Assembly (NCBI GenBank): GCA_050298595.1
Contig: JBNKUM010000076.1
Span: forward strand, 1-64,000
DNA from: Gammaproteobacteria bacterium
GTDB taxonomy: Bacteria; Pseudomonadota; Gammaproteobacteria; GCA-001735895
Reading direction: 5' to 3'
DNA: 64,000 nt
Part shown: one piece after another, positions 31,093 to 42,824 of the stretch
Layout of the letters: every line of letters starts with the position of its first letter
Numbering within the stretch: position 1 is the first letter of the stretch
Program-made: the position numbers and the translations under genes
Notes under the pieces: generated by a model
What the model saw: the letters and a program-made list of their open reading frames with translations, nothing else
The model's database searches: none
Told to the model about the DNA's origin: nothing

Positions 31093-33295
31093 TGGCTGCG
31101 CTACTACCTGTTTCACACCACTGTAGAATATGTTCCGCATCCATCGGCTTGCTGATGTAATAACCCTGCACATAATCGCAACCCATCTGTTGCAACAGAT
31201 CATGCACCTCTATCGACTCAACACCCTCAGCAACGACCTCTTTGCCGAGTGTATGTGCAAGCTTGATGGTGGCTTCAACTATAGTTCGATCATCATCGTT
31301 TTTCATCATATCCTTTACGAACGACAGGTCTATCTTTAGCTTTTCAACCGGTAATTTTTTCAGGTAGGTGAGCGATGCCTGACCGGTGCCAAAGTCATCA
31401 ATGGATAGCGAGATACCCATACTCGACAACTGATTTAGAATCCTGATGACCTGTTCCTGATCCTGCATGATCTGACCTTCGGTAATTTCTATCATCAGGC
31501 GTTGTGGCGGGATATCGAACTGTTTCAGGGCATCACTGATCTGTTGCGGCAATTCATCATCGTGCAAATCAATCATCGAAAGATTGATGGCAATCTTTAC
31601 CTCACTGTTATCTAACTGCTGCAACTGCTGGCAGGCTGTATGAATAATCCAGTGAGTCAGCGGACGTATCGCCTGATTATTTTCTGCCAGCGCGATGATT
31701 TGCGGAATCGACAGTTGATCTGTACCCGGTAATTTCCAGCGTAATAAGGCTTCAAAATAGCTGGTCATATGGTCTACTAAATTCATAACTGGCTGATAAA
31801 CCAGTTTGAATTCATCGTTATCCAGTGCCTGACGAAATGACTGCATACGGGACAGGCCTGAGTAACTCTGCTCACTTGCAATGGGTTGAACAATGACAAA
31901 ACCACCATTGCCCTGCTGGGCTTCCAGTAATGCCTTATCAGCAATCAATACCAGTTGATCCAGCTCCTGAGCATGCTCTGGATAAAGTGCCACACCCATG
32001 CAGACACCAACTTCGATATTACGCCCATAGACCTTATAGGGCTGAATCAGGGACTGGTGAATTTTATCCAGAAATGATGTCAGTTGATCATCCTCAGCAT
32101 ACCCCAGCAACAGGGCAAAATTGTCACCCTCAAGCCGCCCCAGACTATCTGATTCACGCAGGCTATCCGTCAGCCTTTTCGCCAGCATGCGTAATAAGCC
32201 ATCCCCCAGATAGTTTCCATATTCTTTATTGATTTTATGAAAACCATCGATATCGATAAATACCAGTGCATATTTGCGCGCGCTGCGTTTGCCTTCCTGC
32301 AGGGCTTGCAACACTCGCTCCTCAAAAATGATCCGGTTATGCAACCCGGTAAGAGGGTCATTCCTGGCCATATAGGCCAGATGCATAAAATAGCGCTGCA
32401 ATAGGCCCATACCGGGCAATAGACGATAATCTTCTTTCCTGTTACCCGGACGTAAAGCGGTAATGACTGAATGCATACGTTGTGAAAGCTGAATCAGCGG
32501 ACGCATCATCACACCATCCAGCACACGATAAACTATCAGAAACAATAACAGCAGTAGGGGAATTACCCATTTTGCATCCACCAACCAGTAGTCAAAAAAG
32601 TTACCCCGGGGAAGATACAGACGTAGCGTGCCCAGCTTCATATGCCCACGACTAAACACGATCTCATGCAACAGATCTTTCTCAGAGGCGGTTACTTCGC
32701 TATATTCCAGCAGTTGAGTCAATGCGTTAAGCTGTGCTGTTAACTGTTTACCCGATAGCCGTTCAAACTCACTGATAAAGCTGAAATAATCCATCATAAT
32801 AATCAGGCTCATGGCTTGCCCATATATCCTGAAATCACCTTTAACCCCCATCATGGCCTGCCGCTCATCGTTCGCACAGCTAAAAAACAAAGGCGGAGCC
32901 CCTTTATCAATCTCTGAATCCAATGATTGCGCCAGTTGCATACAATCACTTTTTTGCGGGGAGTTTTTCAGCGTGGCAACTGGATAGAGATAGGCTTGCT
33001 GTAGCTCATTGACATTGCTTAGATATTGATCGATGTACAACTTGCGTTGTGAAGCATCAAGCCGTTGCTGCAGGCCGGCGCGCATATCGTAAAAGCGTGA
33101 CTGCAACCATAACAATTGATCAGACTGGGCGGATTTAATCTGTTGTTGCCAGCTTTGCTGCTGTAGTAGATAGCCCTGTATTTGCTGCTGCTCAAATTGC
33201 TGGTATTGGGAAAACGACCATAGTCCCATACTAACTGCTGCAAGCAGCATTAAAAGGGCCAGGGTAAAGTTTTGTATCCCAATTTTCATATTCAC
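31088..33295 (-). CDS. Membrane-bound GGDEF(degenerate)-EAL protein
   Basis: Two TMs; DPLTGL; EGDNF in place of GGDEF; EALLRW, DDFGTG, AEGVE, QGY. Confidence 0.92.
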   Translation of the reverse strand: MNMKIGIQNFTLALLMLLAAVSMGLWSFSQYQQFEQQQIQGYLLQQQSWQQQIKSAQSDQLLWLQSRFYDMRAGLQQRLDASQRKLYIDQYLSNVNELQQAYLYPVATLKNSPQKSDCMQLAQSLDSEIDKGAPPLFFSCANDERQAMMGVKGDFRIYGQAMSLIIMMDYFSFISEFERLSGKQLTAQLNALTQLLEYSEVTASEKDLLHEIVFSRGHMKLGTLRLYLPRGNFFDYWLVDAKWVIPLLLLLFLIVYRVLDGVMMRPLIQLSQRMHSVITALRPGNRKEDYRLLPGMGLLQRYFMHLAYMARNDPLTGLHNRIIFEERVLQALQEGKRSARKYALVFIDIDGFHKINKEYGNYLGDGLLRMLAKRLTDSLRESDSLGRLEGDNFALLLGYAEDDQLTSFLDKIHQSLIQPYKVYGRNIEVGVCMGVALYPEHAQELDQLVLIADKALLEAQQGNGGFVIVQPIASEQSYSGLSRMQSFRQALDNDEFKLVYQPVMNLVDHMTSYFEALLRWKLPGTDQLSIPQIIALAENNQAIRPLTHWIIHTACQQLQQLDNSEVKIAINLSMIDLHDDELPQQISDALKQFDIPPQRLMIEITEGQIMQDQEQVIRILNQLSSMGISLSIDDFGTGQASLTYLKKLPVEKLKIDLSFVKDMMKNDDDRTIVEATIKLAHTLGKEVVAEGVESIEVHDLLQQMGCDYVQGYYISKPMDAEHILQWCETGSSAAT

Positions 33296-33359
33296 ACTTT
33301 AAGATGACAAAGTGATGAGAGGCAGTGCAGGGTTCACAGTTTCCCTGCACAGGTATTTG

Positions 33360-34238
33360 CTATTCTATGTTTTGCACCTGTTCGCGCATCTGTTCGATCA
33401 GTACCTTAAGGTCAACCGAAAGCCTGGTCGTTTCCGCATCCTGTGATTTTGACGACAGGGTATTCGCTTCACGGTTTAATTCCTGCATCAGAAAATCAAG
33501 TCTACGACCTACCGCTTCTTTTCGATTCAGCACTTTTTCAACTTCTTTAACATGAGTCTGTAAGCGGTCTAACTCTTCTTCGACATCGATTTTTTGTGCC
33601 AGAATGGTTAACTCCTGCTCCAGCCTGCCTGGATCAGCGCTTTCGCTCCACTGTGATAACCGATCTTCCAGCTGACTCACCCACCTGGCACGGATGGCTT
33701 CATTAACTTCCGGCCTGCGTTGCTTAACCTGTTCAACGATTTCGCTCACCTGCTGGCAACGCGAGGCTATCATTTCCTGCAACGCTTTACCTTCACGCTC
33801 TCTATTTTCTGTCAATTGTTCCAGTGCCTGCTGAACTCCTGACATAGCCAGATCCTGCAACGGCTTAAAATCTTGCTCAGATTCTTCCACAACACCTGGC
33901 CAGCGCAGGATATCTGACACTGAAAGGCTATGCCCTTCGTGCACAATCTTCAGCACATCCTGCTCAACCTGGCGTAGATTCTTGACCATATCTTCATTCA
34001 GACGAACTGATGAAGGCGCTGACCGATTGAGCTTGTAACGCAGACTGATATCCAGCTTTCCGCGCTGGATGTATTTTCCCAACATTTGCCGAACCTCGGG
34101 CTCCAGCATCTTAAATTCTTCCGGTAACTTAAACCCTGGCTCCAGATATCGATGATTGACCGATTTGATTTCCCATACAATATCGCCGCTATCGCCACTT
34201 AGCTGGACACGGGAGAAAGCCGTCATACTTTTTAACAT
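33360..34238 (-). CDS. yicC: YicC/YloC family endoribonuclease
   Basis: SMTAF, SVNHRYLE, GRRLDFLMQELNREANT, EQVQNIE. Confidence 0.95.
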   Translation of the reverse strand: MLKSMTAFSRVQLSGDSGDIVWEIKSVNHRYLEPGFKLPEEFKMLEPEVRQMLGKYIQRGKLDISLRYKLNRSAPSSVRLNEDMVKNLRQVEQDVLKIVHEGHSLSVSDILRWPGVVEESEQDFKPLQDLAMSGVQQALEQLTENREREGKALQEMIASRCQQVSEIVEQVKQRRPEVNEAIRARWVSQLEDRLSQWSESADPGRLEQELTILAQKIDVEEELDRLQTHVKEVEKVLNRKEAVGRRLDFLMQELNREANTLSSKSQDAETTRLSVDLKVLIEQMREQVQNIE

Positions 34239-34425
34239 TCGGGTACCCTCAATTATGTGCGTGAATTCTAGGTCCTGTTTGCATTAATTACAAACCAGCT
34301 TTGTGTCTCATGGCGACATCGGATATGCATTCAACCTGTGAACCGGTATAATCGCGCGGTTTTTAGGTTCAACCCCCAGCACGTGAATTCATCATTTTCA
34401 CGGGTTCACCCATTCAGGAGTAAAT

Positions 34426-35133
34426 ATGAGACCCAGCGGCAGAAACAGCGATCAACTGAGAGATATTCGCATTACGCGCAACTACACCAAACATGCTGAA
34501 GGCTCTGTGCTGATCGAATGTGGTGATACCAAAGTGCTGTGTACTGCCAGCGTGGAGAATAATGTACCGGGGTTTCTCAAAGGTAAAGGCAGTGGCTGGG
34601 TTACTGCCGAATACGGCATGCTACCGCGCTCCACCTCCAGCCGCATGCGCCGCGAATCCACTGCTGGAAAACAGGGCGGTCGCACCATGGAAATCCAACG
34701 TCTTATTGGTCGCTCCTTGCGCGCCTGTGTTGATACCAAAAAGCTGGGAGAAAAAACCATCACTCTGGATTGTGATGTCATCCAGGCCGATGGCGGTACC
34801 AGAACAGCCTCGATATCCGGCGCTTTTGTCGCTTTATCTGATGCCATCCAAAACCTGATCGATAACGGCAAATTAACCGAGAACCCAATTCATTGTCAGG
34901 TGGCCGCGATTTCGGTAGGTGTGTATCAGGGCTCCCCGGTACTCGATCTGGATTACGACGAAGATAGCAGCGCAGAAACCGATATGAATGTCGTGATGGA
35001 CAGCAATGGAGGTTTTATCGAGATTCAAGGTACTGCCGAAGGCACTGCATTTGGCGAGCAGGAATTAGCCGCCATGCTGGCACTGGCAAGAAAAGGAACA
35101 AGTGAAATATTCCAACTGCAACGCGGAGAATAA
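34426..35133 (+). CDS. rph: Ribonuclease PH
   Basis: [38 protein letters not shown]. Confidence 0.97.
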   Translation: MRPSGRNSDQLRDIRITRNYTKHAEGSVLIECGDTKVLCTASVENNVPGFLKGKGSGWVTAEYGMLPRSTSSRMRRESTAGKQGGRTMEIQRLIGRSLRACVDTKKLGEKTITLDCDVIQADGGTRTASISGAFVALSDAIQNLIDNGKLTENPIHCQVAAISVGVYQGSPVLDLDYDEDSSAETDMNVVMDSNGGFIEIQGTAEGTAFGEQELAAMLALARKGTSEIFQLQRGE

Positions 35134-35134
35134 T

Positions 35135-35725
35135 ATGCAGAAACTGGTAATCGCTTCAGGCAATCAGGGTAAATTACGTGAGTTTTCAGCCTTACTCGAA
35201 CCATTAGATTTTGATGTACACACCCAGTCTGAATTCAATGTGCCGGATGTAGAAGAAACAGGCACAACCTTTGTCGAAAATGCCATCATCAAGGCACGTA
35301 ATGCCGCCCTGCATACTGGATTACCCGCAATCGCTGATGATTCTGGTATTGAGGTAGATGCCTTAGAAGGCGCGCCGGGGGTTTATTCAGCTCGCTTTTC
35401 AGCCCCAGATGCCACTGATGAAAAAAACAATGCTCTACTGGTTGAAAAACTGGCTGATGTACCTGAACAGCAACGCACTGCACGTTATCGCGCAGTAATC
35501 GTGTATATGCGCCACGCTAAAGATCCCTCACCTATCATCTGTGAAGGTAGCTGGGAAGGCTCTATTGTGCTTGAGCCTCAGGGTGAAGGTGGATTTGGCT
35601 ATGACCCATATTTCTGGGTACCCACACATGGCTGCACCAGTGCACAGTTATCAGCGGATGAAAAAAACGCTCTGTCACATCGTGGTCAGGCTTTACGCGA
35701 GCTGGTTAGCAAACTGACTCAGTGA
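35135..35725 (+). CDS. rdgB: dITP/XTP pyrophosphatase
   Basis: SGNQGK, ENAIIKA, DDSG, FGYDP, SHRG. Confidence 0.96.
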   Translation: MQKLVIASGNQGKLREFSALLEPLDFDVHTQSEFNVPDVEETGTTFVENAIIKARNAALHTGLPAIADDSGIEVDALEGAPGVYSARFSAPDATDEKNNALLVEKLADVPEQQRTARYRAVIVYMRHAKDPSPIICEGSWEGSIVLEPQGEGGFGYDPYFWVPTHGCTSAQLSADEKNALSHRGQALRELVSKLTQ

Positions 35726-36942
35726 ATAGCTACCCACTACAGTTTGAGACTAATCCACCACTAGGCCTGTATATACACCTGCCCTGGTGTGCGCAGAAAT
35801 GCCCATACTGTGATTTCAATTCTCATCAATCCAGCGACTTTGATGAATCCGCTTATGTCAGTGCTCTGATAGAAGATCTATTACTGGATTTACCACTGGT
35901 TTGGGGCCGCTCAATCAGCAGCATTTTTATCGGTGGAGGCACGCCATCATTATTCTCTGCCTCGGCTATTCAACAGCTGTTATTGGAATTACGCGCCTGC
36001 CTTAACTTCAATCCGGGTATAGAAATCACCATCGAAGCCAACCCCGGCAGTGCTGACGAAGCACATTTTGAGGGCTATCTAAAAGCGGGGATCAACCGCT
36101 TATCTATAGGTGTGCAGAGTTTTGATAATGCCAGTTTAAAGGCCCTGGGGCGCATTCACGATAGCAGGCAAGCCCTGTCCGCCTTTGATAAAGCCCGCAA
36201 AGCCGGGTTTCAGAATATCAATCTAGATCTGATGTTCGCACTGCCCGGCCAGACCTTACAACTCGCAGAAGCCGATTTACTTCAGGCGATAAGGCTGCAG
36301 CCGGAGCATATCTCACACTATCAGCTCACTATCGAGCCTAACACTCGCTTTTATCAACATGTCCCAGAACAAATTCCAGACGATGATTTGAGCTGGGAGA
36401 TGCAGCAAAGCTGTCAGGCGTTGCTTGCCCATCAAGGCTATCAGCAATACGAAATCTCTGCTTACGCCAGGCCTGATCGTCACAGCCGGCACAATATGAA
36501 TTACTGGCAATTTGGCGATTACCTGGGTATAGGCGCTGGGGCACATGGCAAAATCACCCTGCCAGCAGAGAATCGGGTGATACGTCGGCAGCGTCAGCGC
36601 CAACCTCAGAAATATCTGCAATCTAACGGTAGCGAGCGTATCTCTCAGCAGCAGGAATTATCAGCTCAGGATTTAATCTTTGAATTTATGCTAAACGCGC
36701 TGCGTCTGACCGAAGGATTCGATTTATCTCTATTTGATCGTCATAGCGGAATGAAGCAGAAAGTTTTGCAATCGCCACTGCGCAAAGCTCAGGAACTGGG
36801 TTTGATCAATTTACAGCAAAACCACCTGACACCTGGCGAGTTAGGATTAAGGTTTCATAACGACTTACAGGCATTGTTTCTTGATGTTGAAATCTCGAAG
36901 CCAAAACACCTTCATCTGGGTCAATTTCCCCAAAATATATAG
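35722..36942 (+). CDS. hemW: Radical SAM heme chaperone HemW
   Basis: YIHLPWCAQKCPYCDFNS; HNMNYW; standard rdgB-hemW order. Confidence 0.93.
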   Translation: MNSYPLQFETNPPLGLYIHLPWCAQKCPYCDFNSHQSSDFDESAYVSALIEDLLLDLPLVWGRSISSIFIGGGTPSLFSASAIQQLLLELRACLNFNPGIEITIEANPGSADEAHFEGYLKAGINRLSIGVQSFDNASLKALGRIHDSRQALSAFDKARKAGFQNINLDLMFALPGQTLQLAEADLLQAIRLQPEHISHYQLTIEPNTRFYQHVPEQIPDDDLSWEMQQSCQALLAHQGYQQYEISAYARPDRHSRHNMNYWQFGDYLGIGAGAHGKITLPAENRVIRRQRQRQPQKYLQSNGSERISQQQELSAQDLIFEFMLNALRLTEGFDLSLFDRHSGMKQKVLQSPLRKAQELGLINLQQNHLTPGELGLRFHNDLQALFLDVEISKPKHLHLGQFPQNI

Positions 36943-36967
36943 GTGCACCTGAATTATTGAGCCCTTT

Positions 36968-37177
36968 TTATTCACAGCTAGGAAATTTTCTTATTTTTGT
37001 CAACAGCAATTCAAAAAAAACTATAATATTTTTTTTACATAAGTAACCTATTGATTTAATTGAATTATTCCTGATTGGTTAAAAAGTGACTAATTTAACA
37101 AAAAGCCTTATAGGACAAGCGCTAGAGCTGGTCATAGACACTTTTTCCACAGACTTATCCACAGCTTTTGTGGATAA
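36968..37177. promoter_or_regulatory. DnaA-box cluster with IHF site (DARS-like)
   Basis: TTTTCCACA 37143-51, TTATCCACA 37155-63, TGTGGATAA 37169-77, TTATTCACA 36968-76; IHF consensus match AATCAATAGGTTA (reverse of 37044-56). Confidence 0.7.
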
Positions 37178-37364
37178 CAATCCGAACCCTAAATCTAACA
37201 GCGATTTTCATCAAACTCATCATGTTTTACATTAACTTTTAGCGCCAACTTAAATATAAGCAATTGCTAATTTAGACCTCAATTTGCTAGACCTTGCTTT
37301 CCAATATTTAACTCCAAAAAACTGAGTTGAGCCTGATAAATAAGCTTTCAGATCAAATTAATAC

Positions 37365-37393
37365 TTGCGCTTTAAATCAAAAAAAGGCAGAAT
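37365..37393 (+). promoter_or_regulatory. Candidate sigma70 promoter for rpmE2
   Basis: TTGCGC-N17-CAGAAT followed by a GC-rich discriminator. Confidence 0.55.
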
Positions 37394-37429
37394 TCGCGCC
37401 CGTTTAAAGCAAGTTTCGAACAAATTATT

Positions 37430-37672
37430 ATGAAACAAGGTATTCACCCAGATTATAGAGATGTCGTTTTTCAGGACTCTTCATCCGAATTCGCCATATT
37501 AACCCGCTCAACAATCCAGACCAGAGAAACCATTAAGTGGGAAGATGGTAATGAATACCCACTGGTTAAACTTGAAGTTTCCAGTGCATCGCATCCGTTC
37601 TATACCGGCAAACAGCACGTACTGCAGTCTGCTCGTCAGGTGGACAAGTTCCGCGAACGTTACGGAAAATAG
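37430..37672 (+). CDS. rpmE2: 50S ribosomal protein L31, type B
   Basis: [19 protein letters not shown]; no Cys. Confidence 0.95.
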   Translation: MKQGIHPDYRDVVFQDSSSEFAILTRSTIQTRETIKWEDGNEYPLVKLEVSSASHPFYTGKQHVLQSARQVDKFRERYGK

Positions 37673-37695
37673 TTTTTTACTATTTATAGAATACT

Positions 37696-37721
37696 AAGGG
37701 TACCTCAGGGTACCCTTTTTT
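37696..37721 (+). terminator. Rho-independent terminator
   Basis: AAGGGTACC-TCAG-GGTACCCTT plus T tract. Confidence 0.85.
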
Positions 37722-37903
37722 GTGCCTGACAATCAGTTCAACTGAAAAATAAACCGCACAACAATAAACTTAGAGCCAAGTTTTATTTGTATCGGGTAAC
37801 GCAATTTCCTAAGATGCACCGTTCGGCCGACAATATGTTGGTCAAGGACTTTTGATAAACACGGTAAATCACCAAGCTTTACCCCAAACTAGCAGAAAAA
37901 ATT

Positions 37904-39130
37904 ATGAACCCCAAAAGCCTCAAACAGGACGCCCTGGATTATCACGAACACCCCAAACCCGGCAAAATAGCCATAGAGATAACAAAACCAACTGCAACTC
38001 AGCAAGATCTTTCTCTTGCCTATACCCCAGGTGTTGCAGAACCGGTTCGTAAAATTGCTGCAAACCCCGATACTGCCTATCGCTATACATCAAAAGGCAA
38101 TCTGGTTGCTGTAATTACCGATGGATCTGCGGTACTTGGCCTTGGTAATGTAGGCGCACTGGCCGGTAAACCGGTCATGGAAGGCAAAGCGGTCCTTTTT
38201 AAGGCTTTTGCAGATATCGATGTTTTTGATATTGAAGTAAGCACTCAGGACCCGGAAGAGTTCATCAAGACCGTAACCAATATCGCCGGTGGTTTTGGTG
38301 GCATCAACCTGGAAGACATTTCAGCGCCGCGCTGTTTTGAAATAGAACGCGCTTTAAATGAAAAGCTGGATATCCCTGTTTTTCATGATGATCAACATGG
38401 CACCGCCATTATCATTGCAGCAGGATTGTTGAATGCACTGGAAATTCAGGGCAAAAAACTGGAAGACGCTCGCATCACTTGCGTAGGTGCTGGTGCTGCT
38501 GGTATCGCCGCGATGAAATTACTCATCGAACTGGGTGCCGATCAGGACAATATCACGCTGGTTGACAGCAAAGGCGTGGTGCAATGTGAACGTGGAGACC
38601 TCAACATCTACAAACAGGCATTTGCACGAGTTACTGAAAAGCGCACTCTGGAAGATGCGATGGAAGCTGCAGATGTTTTCATTGGTGTTTCCGGGCCTGA
38701 TATTCTCAGTACCAGGATGCTGGCATCCATGGCTGACCGTCCTGTCGTTTTCGCCCTATCTAACCCTGATCCAGAAATCATCCCCGAGCTGGCATTCAAA
38801 ACCCGCCAGGATTTAATCATGGCAACTGGTCGCAGCGACTTCCCGAATCAGGTGAATAATGTATTAGGTTTCCCCTACATCTTCCGTGGTGCACTGGATG
38901 CTCGTGCCAATACGATTAGCATCGAGATGCAGATTGCTGCAGTACACGCATTAAAAGACCTGGCTAAAGAACCTGTACCCCAGGAAGTTCTGGATGCCTA
39001 CAAACTGGAATCTCTGGAATTCGGGCCTGAGTACATCATCCCCAAGCCGTTCGATCCTCGTTTGATTGATACCGTACCAGAAGCCGTTAGACTCGCCGCG
39101 ATCTCGTCGGGTGCTGTGCATAAAAATTAA
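37904..39130 (+). CDS. NAD(P)-dependent malic enzyme (short form, no PTA domain)
   Basis: [40 protein letters not shown]. Confidence 0.93.
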   Translation: MNPKSLKQDALDYHEHPKPGKIAIEITKPTATQQDLSLAYTPGVAEPVRKIAANPDTAYRYTSKGNLVAVITDGSAVLGLGNVGALAGKPVMEGKAVLFKAFADIDVFDIEVSTQDPEEFIKTVTNIAGGFGGINLEDISAPRCFEIERALNEKLDIPVFHDDQHGTAIIIAAGLLNALEIQGKKLEDARITCVGAGAAGIAAMKLLIELGADQDNITLVDSKGVVQCERGDLNIYKQAFARVTEKRTLEDAMEAADVFIGVSGPDILSTRMLASMADRPVVFALSNPDPEIIPELAFKTRQDLIMATGRSDFPNQVNNVLGFPYIFRGALDARANTISIEMQIAAVHALKDLAKEPVPQEVLDAYKLESLEFGPEYIIPKPFDPRLIDTVPEAVRLAAISSGAVHKN

Positions 39131-39137
39131 CACCCTT

Positions 39138-39986
39138 ATGATTTCAGGAGCAGCACTTTGCCTGCTGCTCCTGACTGTCACTAATAGTGCATTTGCCAAA
39201 CAAAAAAATTCACCCTGCCAGCAAATCAGTAACAAGCTTGCTAGCGTTTCTGTTAGCGAATGCGAAGCGCTTGAGCTTAAACCGACTGGGCACGAATCGG
39301 TTAATGGTTTTCCTATTCTGTATCGTGAATACCCACCACTAGGCAAAAAAATCCCGCGCGGACGAATACTTGTGATTGGCGGCACACATGGCGATGAACT
39401 AGTTTCGATTAGTGTCGTGTTTAAATGGATGCAGACCCTGTTAAAGCATCACTCAGGTCTATTTCACTGGCATGTCATCCCGTTGATGAACCCTGATGGA
39501 ACCCTTAAAGAAAATCACACTCGAGTCAATGCAAATGGCGTCGATTTAAACCGTAACTTCAGCTACCCTGAAACAGAGCAAAGCGCTCTAGATTACTGGG
39601 TAAACAAAACCAGGAGGAATATCCGTAGATTTCCGGGTAAGGCACCACTTAGCGAACCCGAAACACGCTGGCTGAAGCAGGAGATAGAAACCTTTAAACC
39701 CGACGTCATAATCGCCGTTCACGCACCCTATAGTCTGGTCGATTACGATGCACCATCACGCAGAAATGCACCCCATCGTATTGGTTACCTATATAAAAAT
39801 CTGATGGGCACCTACCCGGGTTCACTGGGCAATTATGCCGGCATACAATTAGGCATACCTGTGATTACGCTAGAGCTGCCGCATGCTGGCATTATGCCGA
39901 CAAAAGACCAGATCAGCCTGCTATGGACCGATCTGATCCGCTGGCTAATCCGAAACGTACATTCAGATCAGGCTAAATCAAGCTAA
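39138..39986 (+). CDS. M14 zinc carboxypeptidase (MpaA-like)
   Basis: HGDE, NPDG, NANGVDLNRNF, SEPET, ITLELP; signal peptide. Confidence 0.85.
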   Translation: MISGAALCLLLLTVTNSAFAKQKNSPCQQISNKLASVSVSECEALELKPTGHESVNGFPILYREYPPLGKKIPRGRILVIGGTHGDELVSISVVFKWMQTLLKHHSGLFHWHVIPLMNPDGTLKENHTRVNANGVDLNRNFSYPETEQSALDYWVNKTRRNIRRFPGKAPLSEPETRWLKQEIETFKPDVIIAVHAPYSLVDYDAPSRRNAPHRIGYLYKNLMGTYPGSLGNYAGIQLGIPVITLELPHAGIMPTKDQISLLWTDLIRWLIRNVHSDQAKSS

Positions 39987-40414
39987 GCACGTTTACAAAG
40001 GGGACGTTGATCCGGGTTTTCCACCGCATCGGCAATCGCATCCACCAGATTACCCAGTTCCTGATGCGAGACGACAGTTAATATTCGATTCAGCACATCC
40101 GGATCAACCTCTGCCAGCACAGATCGACCATCCATAAGCGTAACATTTAATCCTACCCGACTAGTTTCATTATCTTCGCTTTCCTCGGCCACCAGAGTTT
40201 CACTCAGTTCCATCATTTCATCATAAAACTCTTCAATTTCATCACTGATATCATCGTCCAGATTATCCTGAATATGGATCACGAATCCTTCAACATCCGT
40301 TTCATCGATGCCTTCTTTTAGCATTTCGATATTTTTAGAGTCAAGAAACTGCTTAAATTTCTGATAAGGATGCTGGTGAAAAAAGATATATTCCAGTGTT
40401 AACTGCTCGTCCAT
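39983..40414 (-). CDS. Acidic hypothetical protein
   Basis: 143-aa ORF with SD; LEYIFF N-terminus, ENPDQRPLC C-terminus. Confidence 0.75.
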   Translation of the reverse strand: MDEQLTLEYIFFHQHPYQKFKQFLDSKNIEMLKEGIDETDVEGFVIHIQDNLDDDISDEIEEFYDEMMELSETLVAEESEDNETSRVGLNVTLMDGRSVLAEVDPDVLNRILTVVSHQELGNLVDAIADAVENPDQRPLCKRA

Positions 40415-40472
40415 TGTTATGCCTGCCTCGGTATATTTAATTCAATATGAGTTTATTTAACAAAGCTTATAA

Positions 40473-41522
<1,050 letters not shown>

Positions 41523-41526
41523 CAGA

Positions 41527-42342
41527 ATGGACCAATACGCAGTAGTAGGGTACCCGATTAGTCACAGTCTATCACCACAGATTCACAGCCTGTTTGCTGA
41601 AGAAACCAAACAGGATATGAGCTATCGAGCGTTACAGCTCGAACCCGATAAATTTGTAGAACAGATTCGAAAACTGCAAAGCGCTGGATATAAGGGACTA
41701 AATATCACAGTGCCTTTTAAACAGGAGGCCTGGGATATAGCCGATATCATGAGCCCCAGAGCAAAAGATGCTGGCGCGGTCAATACATTAATCCTTCAGC
41801 CTGATGGAAAAATAGCCGGTGATAATACCGATGGCATAGGCCTGATCCGTGACCTTATCGTCAACCATCAGGTATTGATTGAGCATCGCAAAATCTTAAT
41901 TCTAGGTGCTGGTGGTGCAGTACGTGGTGCGCTTGGCCCGATACTCGCTAAAAAACCCGGCTTACTCACCATCGCCAACAGAACCCTGGAAAAAGCCCAA
42001 CAACTGGCGGATGATTTTTATCATGTATGGGATCTACAACCCTCGACCTATGAAGATCTGGGACGTGAAACCTACGACCTGATCATCAATGGCACCTCTG
42101 CCGGCTTACATGGGGAAGTCCCCCCTATTCCAGATACTATTCTGGGTGCTAATTCGGTTTGCTATGACATGATGTATAGCGTTAGTCAAAATACAGCCTT
42201 TGTACAATGGGCACTCGACAGGGGGGCATTACGAGCTTATGACGGCCTCGGCATGCTGGTAGAACAGGCTGCAGAATCATTCTACATCTGGCGCGGAAAA
42301 AGACCTCAAACCGCCATCGTTATTCAGATGCTTCGCCAGTAG
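41527..42342 (+). CDS. aroE: Shikimate dehydrogenase
   Basis: HSLSPQIH, NITVPFK, NTDG, GAGGA, DGLGMLVEQA. Confidence 0.96.
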   Translation: MDQYAVVGYPISHSLSPQIHSLFAEETKQDMSYRALQLEPDKFVEQIRKLQSAGYKGLNITVPFKQEAWDIADIMSPRAKDAGAVNTLILQPDGKIAGDNTDGIGLIRDLIVNHQVLIEHRKILILGAGGAVRGALGPILAKKPGLLTIANRTLEKAQQLADDFYHVWDLQPSTYEDLGRETYDLIINGTSAGLHGEVPPIPDTILGANSVCYDMMYSVSQNTAFVQWALDRGALRAYDGLGMLVEQAAESFYIWRGKRPQTAIVIQMLRQ

Positions 42343-42469
42343 AACTAAGCCTTTCTGAGGGGCATTAGAGCACTGATTGATGATACAGGTCATCGCATTC
42401 TAACGCCTCACCTTCTAAGCTTTAAACAATCTCTCTTTTGAGCATTTCTCAGTGAAACAAAGGTACACT

Positions 42470-42802
42470 ATGAAAGATCTCGAATATTTCAGAAATCGTT
42501 TACTTGCTCTTAAGCAGCAACACAACAAAAGAATTCACTCAATCGATAAGGCTATCCGCCATACGGACATGTCAGCCGACTGGGCAGAACAGGCCACCGA
42601 ACGTGAGAATGATGAGGTACTGGAGTCACTGGGCATAGCTTCTGAAGACGAACTACAGCAGATCAATGCAGCTTTGCATCGTATCGATGCCGATGAGTAT
42701 TTTTACTGTAGTCAATGTGGTGAACCAATACCTTTAGCTCGTCTCGAATTACTCCCCTTTAGCACCACCTGTACTCATTGCGCTGAATTAATGGAAAACT
42801 GA
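42470..42802 (+). CDS. TraR/DksA-family C4 zinc-finger protein
   Basis: Coiled coil with DWAEQA tip; CSQC...CTHC. Confidence 0.88.
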   Translation: MKDLEYFRNRLLALKQQHNKRIHSIDKAIRHTDMSADWAEQATERENDEVLESLGIASEDELQQINAALHRIDADEYFYCSQCGEPIPLARLELLPFSTTCTHCAELMEN

Positions 42803-42824
42803 AAAACAGCTGACACCCTGTAAT

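Noticed and set aside
36943-37429. oriC
   Set aside because: Only about four DnaA boxes, no dnaA/gidA/rpmH neighbours, no GATC cluster or clear DUE repeats; DARS-like fits better, though oriC is not formally excluded.
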